Below, piece by piece: positions 38,164-49,246 of a stretch of DNA of 64,000 bases (position 1 is the first letter of the stretch; each line of letters begins with the position of its first letter). The notes under the pieces were generated by a model that was not told the DNA's origin, searched no databases, and saw only the letters and a list, made by a program, of their open reading frames with translations. The translations under genes were made by a program, and so were the position numbers. The DNA is from Squalus acanthias (taxonomy: Eukaryota): NCBI GenBank assembly GCA_030390025.1, contig CM059453.1, positions 6,324,001 to 6,388,000 on the forward strand, written 5' to 3'.

Positions 38164-41100
38164 GTACATTTCTGATGCTTTTTTTTACAATTTCTGCAAG
38201 TGATTTATAACTTGTGGGAAAGGAACAGCAAAATAAAGAATATAAATGATTTTGTTGTTGTTAGTTTTAGAACTTGTGAAATAGGAATTTCATGATTGTT
38301 TAACTTGTGCGTTGTTGTTGTATTGTAGCGGGAACAGCCTATTCAAATAATAATTAAATATAGGAATTTTCAAATTATTTTTTATTTTAAAGCACATTTA
38401 ATAAAATTTACTTCATAATGATTGAGTGATTCAAAGGAGATTCAATAGATGTTTAAAATATATTTTGTTCAATATTTTAATGTATATTTAAAGAGCACTT
38501 TTAATGGGCGTTCGCTTACTTGTTAGTGGAAATGTATTCGGTTTTTAAACGGGTATTAAATATGTATATTACAGGTTCATAAATCTCCCATCAAATAGGT
38601 ATTCCTATGACCATTTCAGCAGGTGTTGTGATTGGAATTTATTTAGTATTTTTTCTTGATTTTGAAAAGACCTTCACTGATATTTTAATTGCTATTGTGA
38701 ATGGCGATTATTTGTCAATTAACAAATACTTTAATGGATTCTAAAATGCTGAAATGCATTTTGAATGACTAATTAAAGGGTGTCTATTTTTTTTCTAAGT
38801 TGTTTTTAGTGCTGCATTCTCTGTGATGATACCAAAAGTTATGTCGGCGGTGGCCGGTTCATGTGCAGAGATCCGGTGTACGTTTGATTATCCAGTCTAT
38901 CAGAGAATCACTGATGTGAGGTGGTTAAAGAGGAACCCTGTTCCTGCTATCCCAGGCTTCTCCATTCTCTATGATTCTAAAGATCCATACATGCAGCATT
39001 ATAACTATGGTGGAAGAGCTGAGTTCACGGGCAACATTGCAAAGCAACAATGTTCCCTCCTGCTAAATGATATCAGGAAGAGTGATGAGGGCACATACCA
39101 ATTCAGCATGGAGATCGCTTTGGACAGAAATTTTGGTAGACTTCGGACTCTGCGTGCTGACGTCTTTCTTTCTGTTTTAGGTGAGTTTTCTCTTTGTTCC
39201 TTTTGTACATTTTCACTCCAGTGCTTCAGTATGATTCAACCTATGTGCAAAGTGGGCAAATATTATAACGTCCCTGACCGATCTCAAAGGGTAGTTGAAA
39301 CATAGGATGCAGGGATACTGATAAGGGTCGCAGATGTCTGATATCCTAAACACAGAGGTATATAAAAATTACAACATTAAAATAGGCCGTTCGGCCCAGC
39401 CAGTCCGTGTTGCTGTTTATCCTTCACATGAGCAACACTCCGAATCGGAATTGCCTGGTCAGTTCCCATAACCCTTCATTGCAATTCCCTTCAAACACCT
39501 GTCGAGCCTATTCTGAAAATGTCCACATGAGGATAGATTAGTACTTGTTGACTGAACCTAAAACTAACGTTGTTGGTCGTACATACAATATATAAACCAG
39601 CAGCTCATTATTTCCAGTGAAATGAAAGGGAATGAAACTAAAGCGTTTGCTAAAATGGGTGATCTGTCTGGAATGAGAAATTTGACCAGGGCGGCCATTT
39701 CAAATTCTACTTCAGTCTCCTTCTATGTCCTCTGTCCCGTTGCCTAATAAGTTTAAGCACTTCAGTCAAATTATCATTAAATCAGTTTTAAACTCATAAG
39801 ATCTTCACTAATTTTTAAATATTTTCTTGTTATTTAAACTTCCTCATACCGGCCAGAATCTACGCGAATCCGCCGTAAATTCTTCCGATAGAGTGGAGCC
39901 CAATACCCGCATTCTGACTCCAACTGTGAACTAACTCCTGTACGCATCAGAACCTCCACTAATCTCGTATTTATATGATTGATCTCTTGCCATTAAACCC
40001 AGAACTCTAGAAACATCTTCATACACTTTCCCACTGGAGCTGCTACTTTTACTGTCTCATGAACCTGACCCCAAATTCCTCTGCTCTTCCACATCTCCCA
40101 GCTTCCAACGGTTCAAATGAACTTCTATGACCTCATATTTTCTGACCTTTAATTATATCTGCCTCTTATGTCCACAATCTACTATATCTACAGTATCCGT
40201 TTGAAACTCGCTTTATTTCTCTTGTTATATCCTGGGAGTTGTACTTGCAAGGTTGGCATATGTGTCAAACTGGCGATATTGGATGTGCCTCTCATTGTAC
40301 ACCCCGCCCAATTTTCATTTTGGTGGAATCCAATTAATTCCTGTTGGAAATTTTGAAATCACTCTCTTTAACGCCATCTCCAAATTATTGATATACACAG
40401 TGAGTAGAAGCAATTCCACAGCACAACCCTCTGGGACACCGTACTGGGATCCAACTATTCTGAGCAACTGCGCTTAACGGCGACTCGCTGCATCGTCCCT
40501 TCTAAACAGTTTGTATTGCAATTTCTACCTTATCCTTAAATCCAAACCTCTTAATATCTTCTCCAATTATCTCCTGTGTTTACCGTCGGCAATGTCTGTC
40601 TGATTACATTTCAAGTTACTTATTGGTGATGCGTCTTTTGACGTCGCGTAGACTTAAAAAGCGGTGAATTAATGCAGTCTTTGTTCGTGCCTTTCCCGTT
40701 CCAGAGCTCATTTACCCCGCTTTAATTAGATCTTAATTAAAAAGTAGATATTTCAGTAGCGTGAAAATCAGTTCAAGTTATAATTTATGTGTTCATCCAA
40801 ATCCCACGTCAACAAATGTTATTTCTGCTGAAGCCTTCCTCAGATTTACACGTGAGGAACTTGCTCTGCTTCTCCCACACAAGGTGTTGTTACGCGTCCT
40901 TTTTTGGTCTGTCCATGTCTTGAGTATTGCCGTTCTATATTGAGGTTTCTTGACTACAGAATCGAGATCTCTCTGGGTCTGCATTAATCGCCATCACATA
41001 GATCAGTGCAGGTGCAGAACGAGGTATATGAGTGGATGACATATTCGTGAGATTTGAGTAGTTAACGTTGATTCAAATTCTAGCTTGCAAAATTTGTTCA

Positions 41101-44100
41101 CTGAACAATATCCATGATACAAATAATTTAGGAGAAAAACGACAAATAGTTAAGTAAGTTGGGCCATATGTTACCCGATGAAGCATAAAACTACATTTCA
41201 ACTGCGAGGAGTAATTCAGAATGGTGAACACACTTGCAGCACGTAGCAGAGAAAAATGAACAAAATGTGATTTTCTTGTTGATTCAGATTTATTTGGAAG
41301 CCATCACTCGCCCGTTCTAACATTGAACTGTACCTAACACGCTGGTCTTCTCCCGTTTTCATAGACAAGCCGGAGATTTCAGGTTATGGGGAATTGATCG
41401 CTGGACAAACAGCACGACTGACCTGTTCCATCACACACAACTGCCCGAATGGCAACCTGCAAGTGAAGTGGATTAATTACAATGTGCCCCTTCCTCCCCC
41501 AATGGTTACTCAAGATGGAGCAGAAATTAGCAATGAAAATTCAGGTTCCCGAACAGTTTCATCCGTGATCACATTTACACCATCATCTGCTCATCACGGG
41601 AAAATTCTGGGATGCACAATTCTAATTCATGGTATCCCAACACCTTCACGACAAAATCTTACCTTGAAGATTAAATGTAAGTGTCCGGTCTAACGTAAAC
41701 AGACTTATTCAGACGGCCAACGGGCTCTAAAGTTATACGTTTACCTGAAGTAATTTATTCGGAGTTAGAATCTCATCAAATAATGCTTCATGAAACGCTC
41801 AGCCCCTGTACCAGGAGAGCTCACTTCGATTATCAATGGTTCGAAATGGCTCTCATCTAATTCTCGTCAGTCAGATTACATTAGGAACATTCACATCCAT
41901 GAATCAATGATGGTGCCTCCAAGAGATTGTTTTTTATGTGATAGTTTATCTTTATTCTAATGAAGCAACAAAGGCCATGCCGTGTTAAGATCTGCAGCTA
42001 TGACAGCAGATATCAGCTCTGGTTGGGCTTAATAAAAACACAAGTATTAGGAACAGGAGTAGGCCATACGGACCTTCGAGCTTGCTCCGCCTCTACACCA
42101 AACATGGCTCGTCGTCGAACTAAACTCGAATTTCCCGCCCGATCCCCAGACCCAATATAATGAATAAATTAGGAGCTCAATTATGCTTATTCGGCAATCA
42201 CGTTTTGCATTAACGCCTGTTTCAGATGGACTGGAAATCCCAACCGTCAACTCCTCTATAGTAGCTGCGGAAGGAAGTTCATTATTATTATACTGCACGA
42301 CCTGGGGTATACCCCAGGTCAGTTTAAGATGGGTGAAAAATGGTGAAGAGATCAGCAGGTCTTCCACTGGTGAACTTAAGCATATATTCCACAACATTCG
42401 TTCTGAGGACGACGGTGAATATTGGTGCATAGCGGAAAATGCCCTGGGCACCACAAACCGCTCCACACAGATTTCAGTACAATGTAAGTATGTATTAAAA
42501 TATCAATTAAGTAGTAGCTTTTCATTTCACGAACTCTGGATTAAATTCCAATGTCCTCTTGCCTGCTTGCTTGAAGGCGCCCATGTGCATGAGTTCGGGA
42601 TATTTTAACCCCTTCCCGCGGAAATAGCGGCAAACTACCTCGATGGCTCCAATAATGGAAACTAACCTGGCATCTCGCTCAGTATGACAGTAGTGGAATA
42701 TGGCACAATGTCTCCTAAATGCAGCATGTCTTATATTTATGCAGTTGCGACAGGAGCACATTTACTGGGACCTTTAATCTACAACTAATTGTACAAAAAT
42801 AATACACGTAGCCTAAAATAAACAATTTTCCAATCATTTGAAAGGACTTGCAGCAATTTGATGAGCACAAATTCTCTTGAAAAAAATCTAATAAAATGGT
42901 GTTAAGCCAATTCCTGTTACTTGTATTAATTTTGAGCTAATAGTGTAATATTCTCCAGACTTGGTTCTTTGAAGTGTCGCCTTGTTTATTGAAGAATCAC
43001 GTCAGTCCAAAACAAATGAAGATGTTTAAAACAGTACACAAATTGAAGATATTGACATGAATTGATATTTTAAAACAGTGACGGATGAGACACGTTTGTG
43101 GGTATATTATACATAATCAAATCTCTGAGCTAGCTCCGTCTGAGCGTCCTCACAACATCTGTCAGGAGAGGTATTGACGGACTTAACACTCGTTGGATTT
43201 AATATGGACTTGTTCCTAACAAGCTCACCTGTTATAAGTGAAGATATAATAAGCCACGAACTGGTGTAACATAGGCTGTTTCATCCTAAAATATAACAAC
43301 CAGAACTATTATGATTAGTTCAACTCATTACTTAATTGTATTTCGACAGTACAACTGTTTACATGATAATTTCCTAATGAAATTTTCATTTTTTTTAGAT
43401 AAACCCACAATTTTAGCAGGACCGACATGCACCAGCTATGATAATTGGGCGAATTGTAGCTGCCGGATCAGAGCCAATCCCCCGGGAAACATCACGTGGG
43501 GCCTCAATGGGAGAATCCTCACTAGGGACAGGTCAGATGTGGAGGTCATCTCCTGGGCGTGGAATAGTCACCTCATGGAGAGCTCCGTGAGATTTACTCA
43601 CCCAAACGGAACCGGAAAACTGATCTCTTGTGTTGCAGCAAACGAGCACGGTGATTCTGTCAGCAAATACCAGCTCCACTCTAAGGGTACGTGTTTAGTC
43701 TATCTGTAATGTAATACTATAAGGGAGTTGGTCCATCACTGGTCAGTCACTAACTGAAAGGTATTAATGTCAGCAAATACCAGCTACATTCAGCAGGTCC
43801 ATACTGAATCTCACTCGAATTAGTGTAAGGACCTACTTTCATCAGTGGTCAATCACCAACTGAAAGGTGCGGTCGGCATTATCCATTTTAACTTTCAGTC
43901 TTCTGCAACTTGTTCGGTTTATATTTTAAAGATAAGTTGAAAGTATCTGAGCACCAGAAATTGTAAGTGATCTTTGAAAACAAAATCTTCTGAATTAAGA
44001 TAAACCCTTTCGAAAATCCTAAATTATCTCAATACATGATAGCAAACTGCAATCTACCATTTTGTAGCTACATGCTCATTTCTATCTTGTTCAGACTCAT

Positions 44101-47100
44101 TTAGGTATGCAGAGCCGATATTCAATAACCTAAGCAAAATCTGCATTCCGATCAGATTTAGCCCACTGTTTTTCGGAGGGTGGGTTGTGGAGTGAACTTA
44201 ATTTGTCAATTGAGATTTTTACATCAGTTAATCTTCAACTATTAATTCCAATTTACACCAGGGTGCAACACAGGAATAAAAGGTTTTTACGCAAGGATCA
44301 TAAGGTTGAGACAAGTGGAGTACCTAATTTACCACGAGCTTTGAATCCGAGCTTAAAGGAAACTTGCTTCCTCACACTCATAAAAGTGCTTCTAAGATTG
44401 TTGTTTAAACCCAACGTCGTAATGTACATCAATGTTTTTTCCCCCAACATTTCAGGAATATTATCCACAACAATCGTCCTCATAATAGGAGGAGGAGCCA
44501 CAGGGCTTGTTATTCTAATTGCAGTCGTGCTCACGCTGAAGATACAAAGGTATGTGTGATTCTTAATTCGATAGAATTGAATTTTAAAGATGACCCTATA
44601 GGCCAGTGATTGTTTTCACCTCCGGTGTAATCTGGATAAAGTATGCAGCATGCTCAAAGAATAGGCGGAGAATCCCTTTAAGTTTGTTCATGCTGCTAGT
44701 TTTAAGGGGCACCCTCACACGAGCCTGCTTGCCATGTCAAGCTCTAAGGATAGTACTACACAAGAATGATACTTAAATTCTAACAACCAAGCTGGTCCAG
44801 CAAACAGCAAAACAACAAGCAAATAGTAAAAGTAATGTGACACAAATGTTTACAGCACGTGTTAAGTTTGTTTGGCTCCAGGAATAGAAGATTAGATTTC
44901 CAAATTGGATGTGAATGATGTACTAAAGTATGAAACAAGCAATTATATATGTTGCCCTTGTTATCTTATTCTTACCAGTGACTTAAGCTATTTGATCTGA
45001 CTAGCTCTCACTGAAAGCCGCAGACAGACACCCTTCTTTTAAAAGGCAGGCTGATAATTACCTTCAGAATTGTGAACGGCTCCCAGTGAATTCAAATAAC
45101 AACCAGATCGGTTTATAATCTGCTGCCAATCATATTTATCCTTCAACGAATATGCCAGGATGTTTACAATTGAAATCTATGACGTTGCTCCTCGGATAGG
45201 CGCCGCCCCTCAACAGCCAATGTTTCGACAACAACCGCAACAACATGAGCCAGAACACTCTTGTGAGTGTTGCTAGCTTTTCCCCCTTCATGTACCATGA
45301 TATAATTTAATAAGGCAATTCCATGCTTAATAATATGAACTAATCAATGATTGCAAAAAGATTGATGAGGAATATTGATTCATTCCTGATTTCTAACTCC
45401 AATGTGTTGAGGTCGTCTACCTAAAAAAAGGAAGGACTGCGTTGACACATTGAAACACTTGCATCTGCTATTTACCCAGCTTCAAATCATGAATGAACCT
45501 CCCACTGACCGTTATTTATCACACTCAACTTTCACCTAGAGCAATTAGCATCGTGCCGTTAACGTATATCAAAGATAAAGCAAAATGTTCCCTTTTGAAA
45601 TGTTGGCTGATGGAAATTGAAAATAATTGGTTTTCGGATCTGGTCTGTGCTAATCGGGAGAAGTAAAAGCCCAAGGCGCCACATTAAAGGTTAGAACACA
45701 AGATTAGGACTCATGGGGTTGAGGCTAATATAATAGCACAGATATAGGGTTGGATAACGGACAGAAAACAAAGAGTTGGGATAAGCGAATCTTTTTCAGG
45801 TTGGCAGGCTGCAACTAGTGGGGTGCCGCAATGATCAGTGTTTGGGCCGCAGCTATTTACAATCTATATTAATGAACATGCTGAAGGGACCGAGTGCAAT
45901 GTATCCAAGTTTGTTGATACAAAACTTGGTGGTACAGTAAGCTGTGAGGAGAACACAAAGAGTCTGCAAAGAAATAAAGATAGATTAAGTGAGTGGGCAG
46001 TAAGATGGAGTATAATGTAGGGAAATGTTGATGTTCAGAGCGATTTGGCTGTCCTAGTGCAAGAAACACAGAAAGCTTCCATGCAGGTATAGCAAGCAAT
46101 AAGGAAGGCAAATGGCATGTTGGCCTTTATTGCAAGGGGTTTGGAGTAGAAGAGTAAGGAAGTCTTGCTACAAATGTACAGGTAATACCACACCTGGAGT
46201 ACTGTGCACAATTTTCGTCTCCTCTAAGGAAGGATAGATTTGCATTCGTGACAGTGCAACGAAGTTTCATTAGATTGATTCCTGGGATGAAAGGGCTGTC
46301 TTATGGTCAGAGATTGTGTAGAATGGGCCTATTGTCTCTGGAGTTTAGAAGAATGAGAGGTGATCTCTCTGAAACATACAAGATTCTGAATGGGAATGTC
46401 AGGGTAGATGCTGAGAGGTTGTTTTCCCGGGCTGGAGTTTCTGCAACACTGGGAGTTAGTCTCAGGATAAGGCGTCGTCTATTCAAGACCGAGAGGAGGA
46501 GGAATTTCTTCACTCAGAGGGTTGCGAATTTTTGGAATTTCCTGCCTCAGAGGGAATTTTGAGTACTTTCAAGGCCGAGATAAATAAATGTTTGTACTCT
46601 AGGAGAGTCAACGTGTACGGAGATGGGTTGGGAAAGTAAAGTTGTTGTATGTGATCAGTCATGATCTTATTCAATGGCGCAGCAGGCTCGAGTGGCCGTC
46701 TGGCAAACTCCTGCTCCTATTACTTATATTTGTATGTTGTTAAGTCTTTCGTGACCTACTGACGTCCTTCATCGCGCAGGCGCCGTGTCCTTTCACTAAA
46801 TATTCCAGTTAATTATGAGAAGTGCCTAATTTGCATGTTTTTTTGTTCAGAAAGAAACACGGAGATGCTGCACGTGTCTCCGAAACACACGGTGATTTGT
46901 TGATTTACAGTACGGCGCAGAAGGCACTAAACACTGACGTAAGTGACGCCAAGCTGGGCTGCCAATTGTAGGTTGTTTTGTTCGGTCTTAATAATCATAG
47001 AACCAGACAGCCCAAATGGAGCCGTTCAGCCCACGGTGCCTGTGTTGGCTCTTTTAAAGAGCTATCCAATTAGTTACATTACTCTGCTCTTTGACCTTAG

Positions 47101-49246
47101 CCTTGATCTGATTTTTTTTTTCCATATTCACGCGTATATCCAATTCCCTTTTGAAAGTCACTATTGATTCTGCTGCCACGGACCTACAGGCAGCGCATTC
47201 CACATCACAACTCGCTGAGCTAAAAAAAAACTTCTCACCTCTTATTTGGTTCTTGTCCCAAATATCTTCAATCTGTGTCCTCTGGTTAGCGACACTCCTG
47301 ACAGTGGAAACAGTTTCTCCTTAATGTTGGATCAAAATTCTGCAGGAATTTGATCACCAATATCTAATCTCCCTTTAATATTCTCTACACTCAGGACAAC
47401 AACCCCAGTTTCGCTGAACTGTCTGTTTAAGTTCAGTCCCTCATTCCTCCTATAATTATAGTAAATATGCTCTGTATCCTCTCCAATGCATTGACATCCT
47501 TTCGACAGTGTTATGCACAGAATTGGACAGAATACTCCAGCCGAGGCCTAACAACTGATGTATAAATGTTCAGCTTATCTTCGTTGTTTTCTTAATCTGT
47601 AACACAATTTGTAAAAACCCGGATCAAGTCTGCAATTTCGAAGCTTTAGAATTATTTTACAGTACAGAAGGCGAATATTCGGCCCGTTGTACCTGTGCCA
47701 GCTCTCTGAAAAATGTTTCAAATTTAGTCCCACACCCCAGCTTTATCGAGTCGTCCGGATATACAATTGCACGTTCTTTATTTATTGCATCAAGACTTAA
47801 CAACGCACGTCTCATGCATCAGGGCCATTATAAAACTTGCCAGGGATAAAATAGTAAGATTTTTACTGGTGCAGACAGCACACTGCCATTGCATTCGGGT
47901 CCATATTTTTTTTATTCGTTTATGGGACGTGGGCGACGCTGGCAAGGGGCAAGGCCAGCATTTATTGACCATCCCTAAATGCCCTTGAGAATGTGGTGGT
48001 GAGCCGCCTTCTTGAACCGCTGCAGTCCGTGTGGTGAAGGTAGTTCACAGTGCTGTTAGGGAAGTAGTTCCAGGATTTTGACCCAGCGACGATGAAGGAT
48101 CGGCGATATACTTCTAAGTGAGGAGGGGAACTTGGAGGTGGTGGTGTTCCAATAGGCCTGCCGCCCTTGTCCTTCGAGGTGGAAGTGGTCGCGTGTTTGT
48201 TAGGTGCAGCGGAAGGAGCCTTGGCGAGTTGCTGCAGTGCATCTTGTAGATGGTACACACTGCAGCCACGGTACGCCGGTGGTTGAGGGGGTGAATGTTT
48301 ACGGTGCTGGATGGGGTGCCAATCAAGAGGGCTGCTTTGTCCTGGATGGTGTCGAGCTTCTTGAGTGTTGTTGGAGCTGCACTCAACCAGGCAAGTGGAG
48401 AGTATTCCATCACACTCCTGACTTGTGCCTTGCAGATGGCAGAAAGGCTTTGGGGAGTCGGGAGGTGAGACACACGCCACAGAATACCCAGCCTCTGACG
48501 TGCTCTTCTTACCATACATCTGCAATAGCTCTGTTGTGGAGTATTTTAAACCAACACTCGACACAAGGGTTTAGATCGATAGTCAAGTTGTCTTTATTAA
48601 ACCGGTGGGGAAACAGTCTGCTCTGTCCTAGCCAGACTTCTCCAAATTGTAAAAGCAAACACTACATTTTTATACATTACAAAACACATGGCCATCTCAT
48701 GTTCAATTTATTCCTGCCACCTGATTGGATTTTGGCCAGCATACACCTGTATGGATTGGTTCCGAATCTTAATAAAAACATGTATAAGCTGCCTCTTCAA
48801 ACAATCACTCAAACTGAGGAATGCTGATTAAATGATACCTTATTATGCGACCTAGATAATAACGTTCTTACGGGCAGTTGGAATGCTGGACATCCTGTCT
48901 TCATTTTAAATGTTTTCTATCTTTCCAAAGTTCAGCTATCGTTGACCACATCTTTATGGAATTGGCCCTCCATGTTAGCCCCTGCCTTTTTACACTATTC
49001 AGAGAAAGTGCCAGCAATGTGATTTTAACTCTTCCCCCACTGCAGCTCCACATCTAATACAAATGCCTTCCTTTACAGAGAGACCATCAGTGTACAGAGG
49101 CTGGTCATGGCGCCGCTCAATCGACGAAACCAGCTCAGAATGACGAGATTGTGTACGCGACCGTCAATTTCTCAAACTTACGCAAACATGATCAATATAT
49201 TCAAAATGAGGAGTCCTGCAAATATGCAGCAATGAAACATAACTGA
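38121..49246 (+). CDS. Gene B: complete Siglec-like (MAG/CD33-related-like) inhibitory receptor, V-set + 3 C2 Ig + TM + ITIM tail; join(38121..38163,38800..39180,41365..41676,42226..42483,43399..43686,44456..44549,46851..46938,49079..49246)
   Basis: Eight exons with AG/GT boundaries and compatible phases (1,1,1,1,1,2,0) sum to 1632 nt with no internal stop. Siglec Cys pattern in V-set (GSCAEIRC..QQCSL), domain 2 (TCSITHNCP) and domain 4 (GPTC..NCSC). Tail carries IVYATV. Confidence 0.88.
38800..39180 (+). CDS. Gene B exon 2, Siglec-type V-set Ig domain
   Basis: GSCAEIRCTFDYP...W...GRAEFTGNIAKQQCSLLLNDIRKSDEGTYQF; donor G|gtgagt at 39180. The phase-1 acceptor is the AAG at 38797-38799, so the start is less certain. 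Confidence 0.88.
41365..41676 (+). CDS. Gene B exon 3, Ig domain 2 (C2-type)
   Basis: tag|ACAAGCCG..AAAT|gtaagt, 312 nt; LTCSITHNCP..W..ITFTPSSAHHGKILGC. Confidence 0.9.
42226..42483 (+). CDS. Gene B exon 4, Ig domain 3
   Basis: cag|ATGGA..CAAT|gtaagt, 258 nt; [27 protein letters not shown]. Confidence 0.9.
43399..43686 (+). CDS. Gene B exon 5, membrane-proximal Ig domain 4 (C..CxC type)
   Basis: tag|ATAAAC..AAGG|gtacgt, 288 nt; [24 protein letters not shown]. Confidence 0.9.
44456..44549 (+). CDS. Gene B exon 6, transmembrane helix
   Basis: cag|GAATA..AAAG|gtatgt; [31 protein letters not shown], with no charged residue in the helix. Confidence 0.9.
45200..45262 (+). other. Candidate 63-nt alternative cassette exon with in-frame TGA (gene B)
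   Basis: tag|GCGCCG..CTCTT|gtgagt; reads [16 protein letters not shown]. Confidence 0.55.
45670..46740 (+). mobile_element. Degenerate CR1 3' part, shared with copy A (predates the duplication)
   Basis: [20 protein letters not shown]1 tail. Confidence 0.82.
46851..46938 (+). CDS. Gene B exon 7, cytoplasmic (KKHGDAARVSETHGDLLIYSTAQKALNTD)
   Basis: ttcag|A..GAC|gtaagt, 88 nt, phase 2 to 0; paralogous to 8270-8357. Confidence 0.82.
47907..48512 (-). mobile_element. LINE 3' fragment of a distinct CR1/L2-group family, specific to copy B
   Basis: KAQVRSVMEYSPLAW..LNHRRTVAAVCTIYKMH; polyA end; CCATA on both flanks. Confidence 0.8.
48532..49044 (-). mobile_element. Probable solo LTR, specific to copy B
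   Basis: TG..CA termini, imperfect terminal inverted repeat (TGTTGTGG/CCACTGCA), GCTC duplicated on both flanks, absent from copy A. Confidence 0.65.
49079..49246 (+). CDS. Gene B last coding exon with ITIM IVYATV and distal SCKYAAM
   Basis: ttacag|AGAGAC..TGA, 168 nt, the same length as the last exons of A and C. Confidence 0.88.
   Translation, partial: RDHQCTEAGHGAAQSTKPAQNDEIVYATVNFSNLRKHDQYIQNEESCKYAAMKHN

Noticed and set aside
44456-44549. Paired activating/inhibitory receptor pair (A vs B)
   Set aside because: Neither TM has a mid-helix Lys/Arg for DAP12 or FcR-gamma, and both keep an ITIM.
38121-49246. Naming gene B as MAG, CD22 or SIGLEC15
   Set aside because: Domain count (4), ITIM tail, missing Arg and multi-copy status fit none of them; orthology needs a phylogeny.
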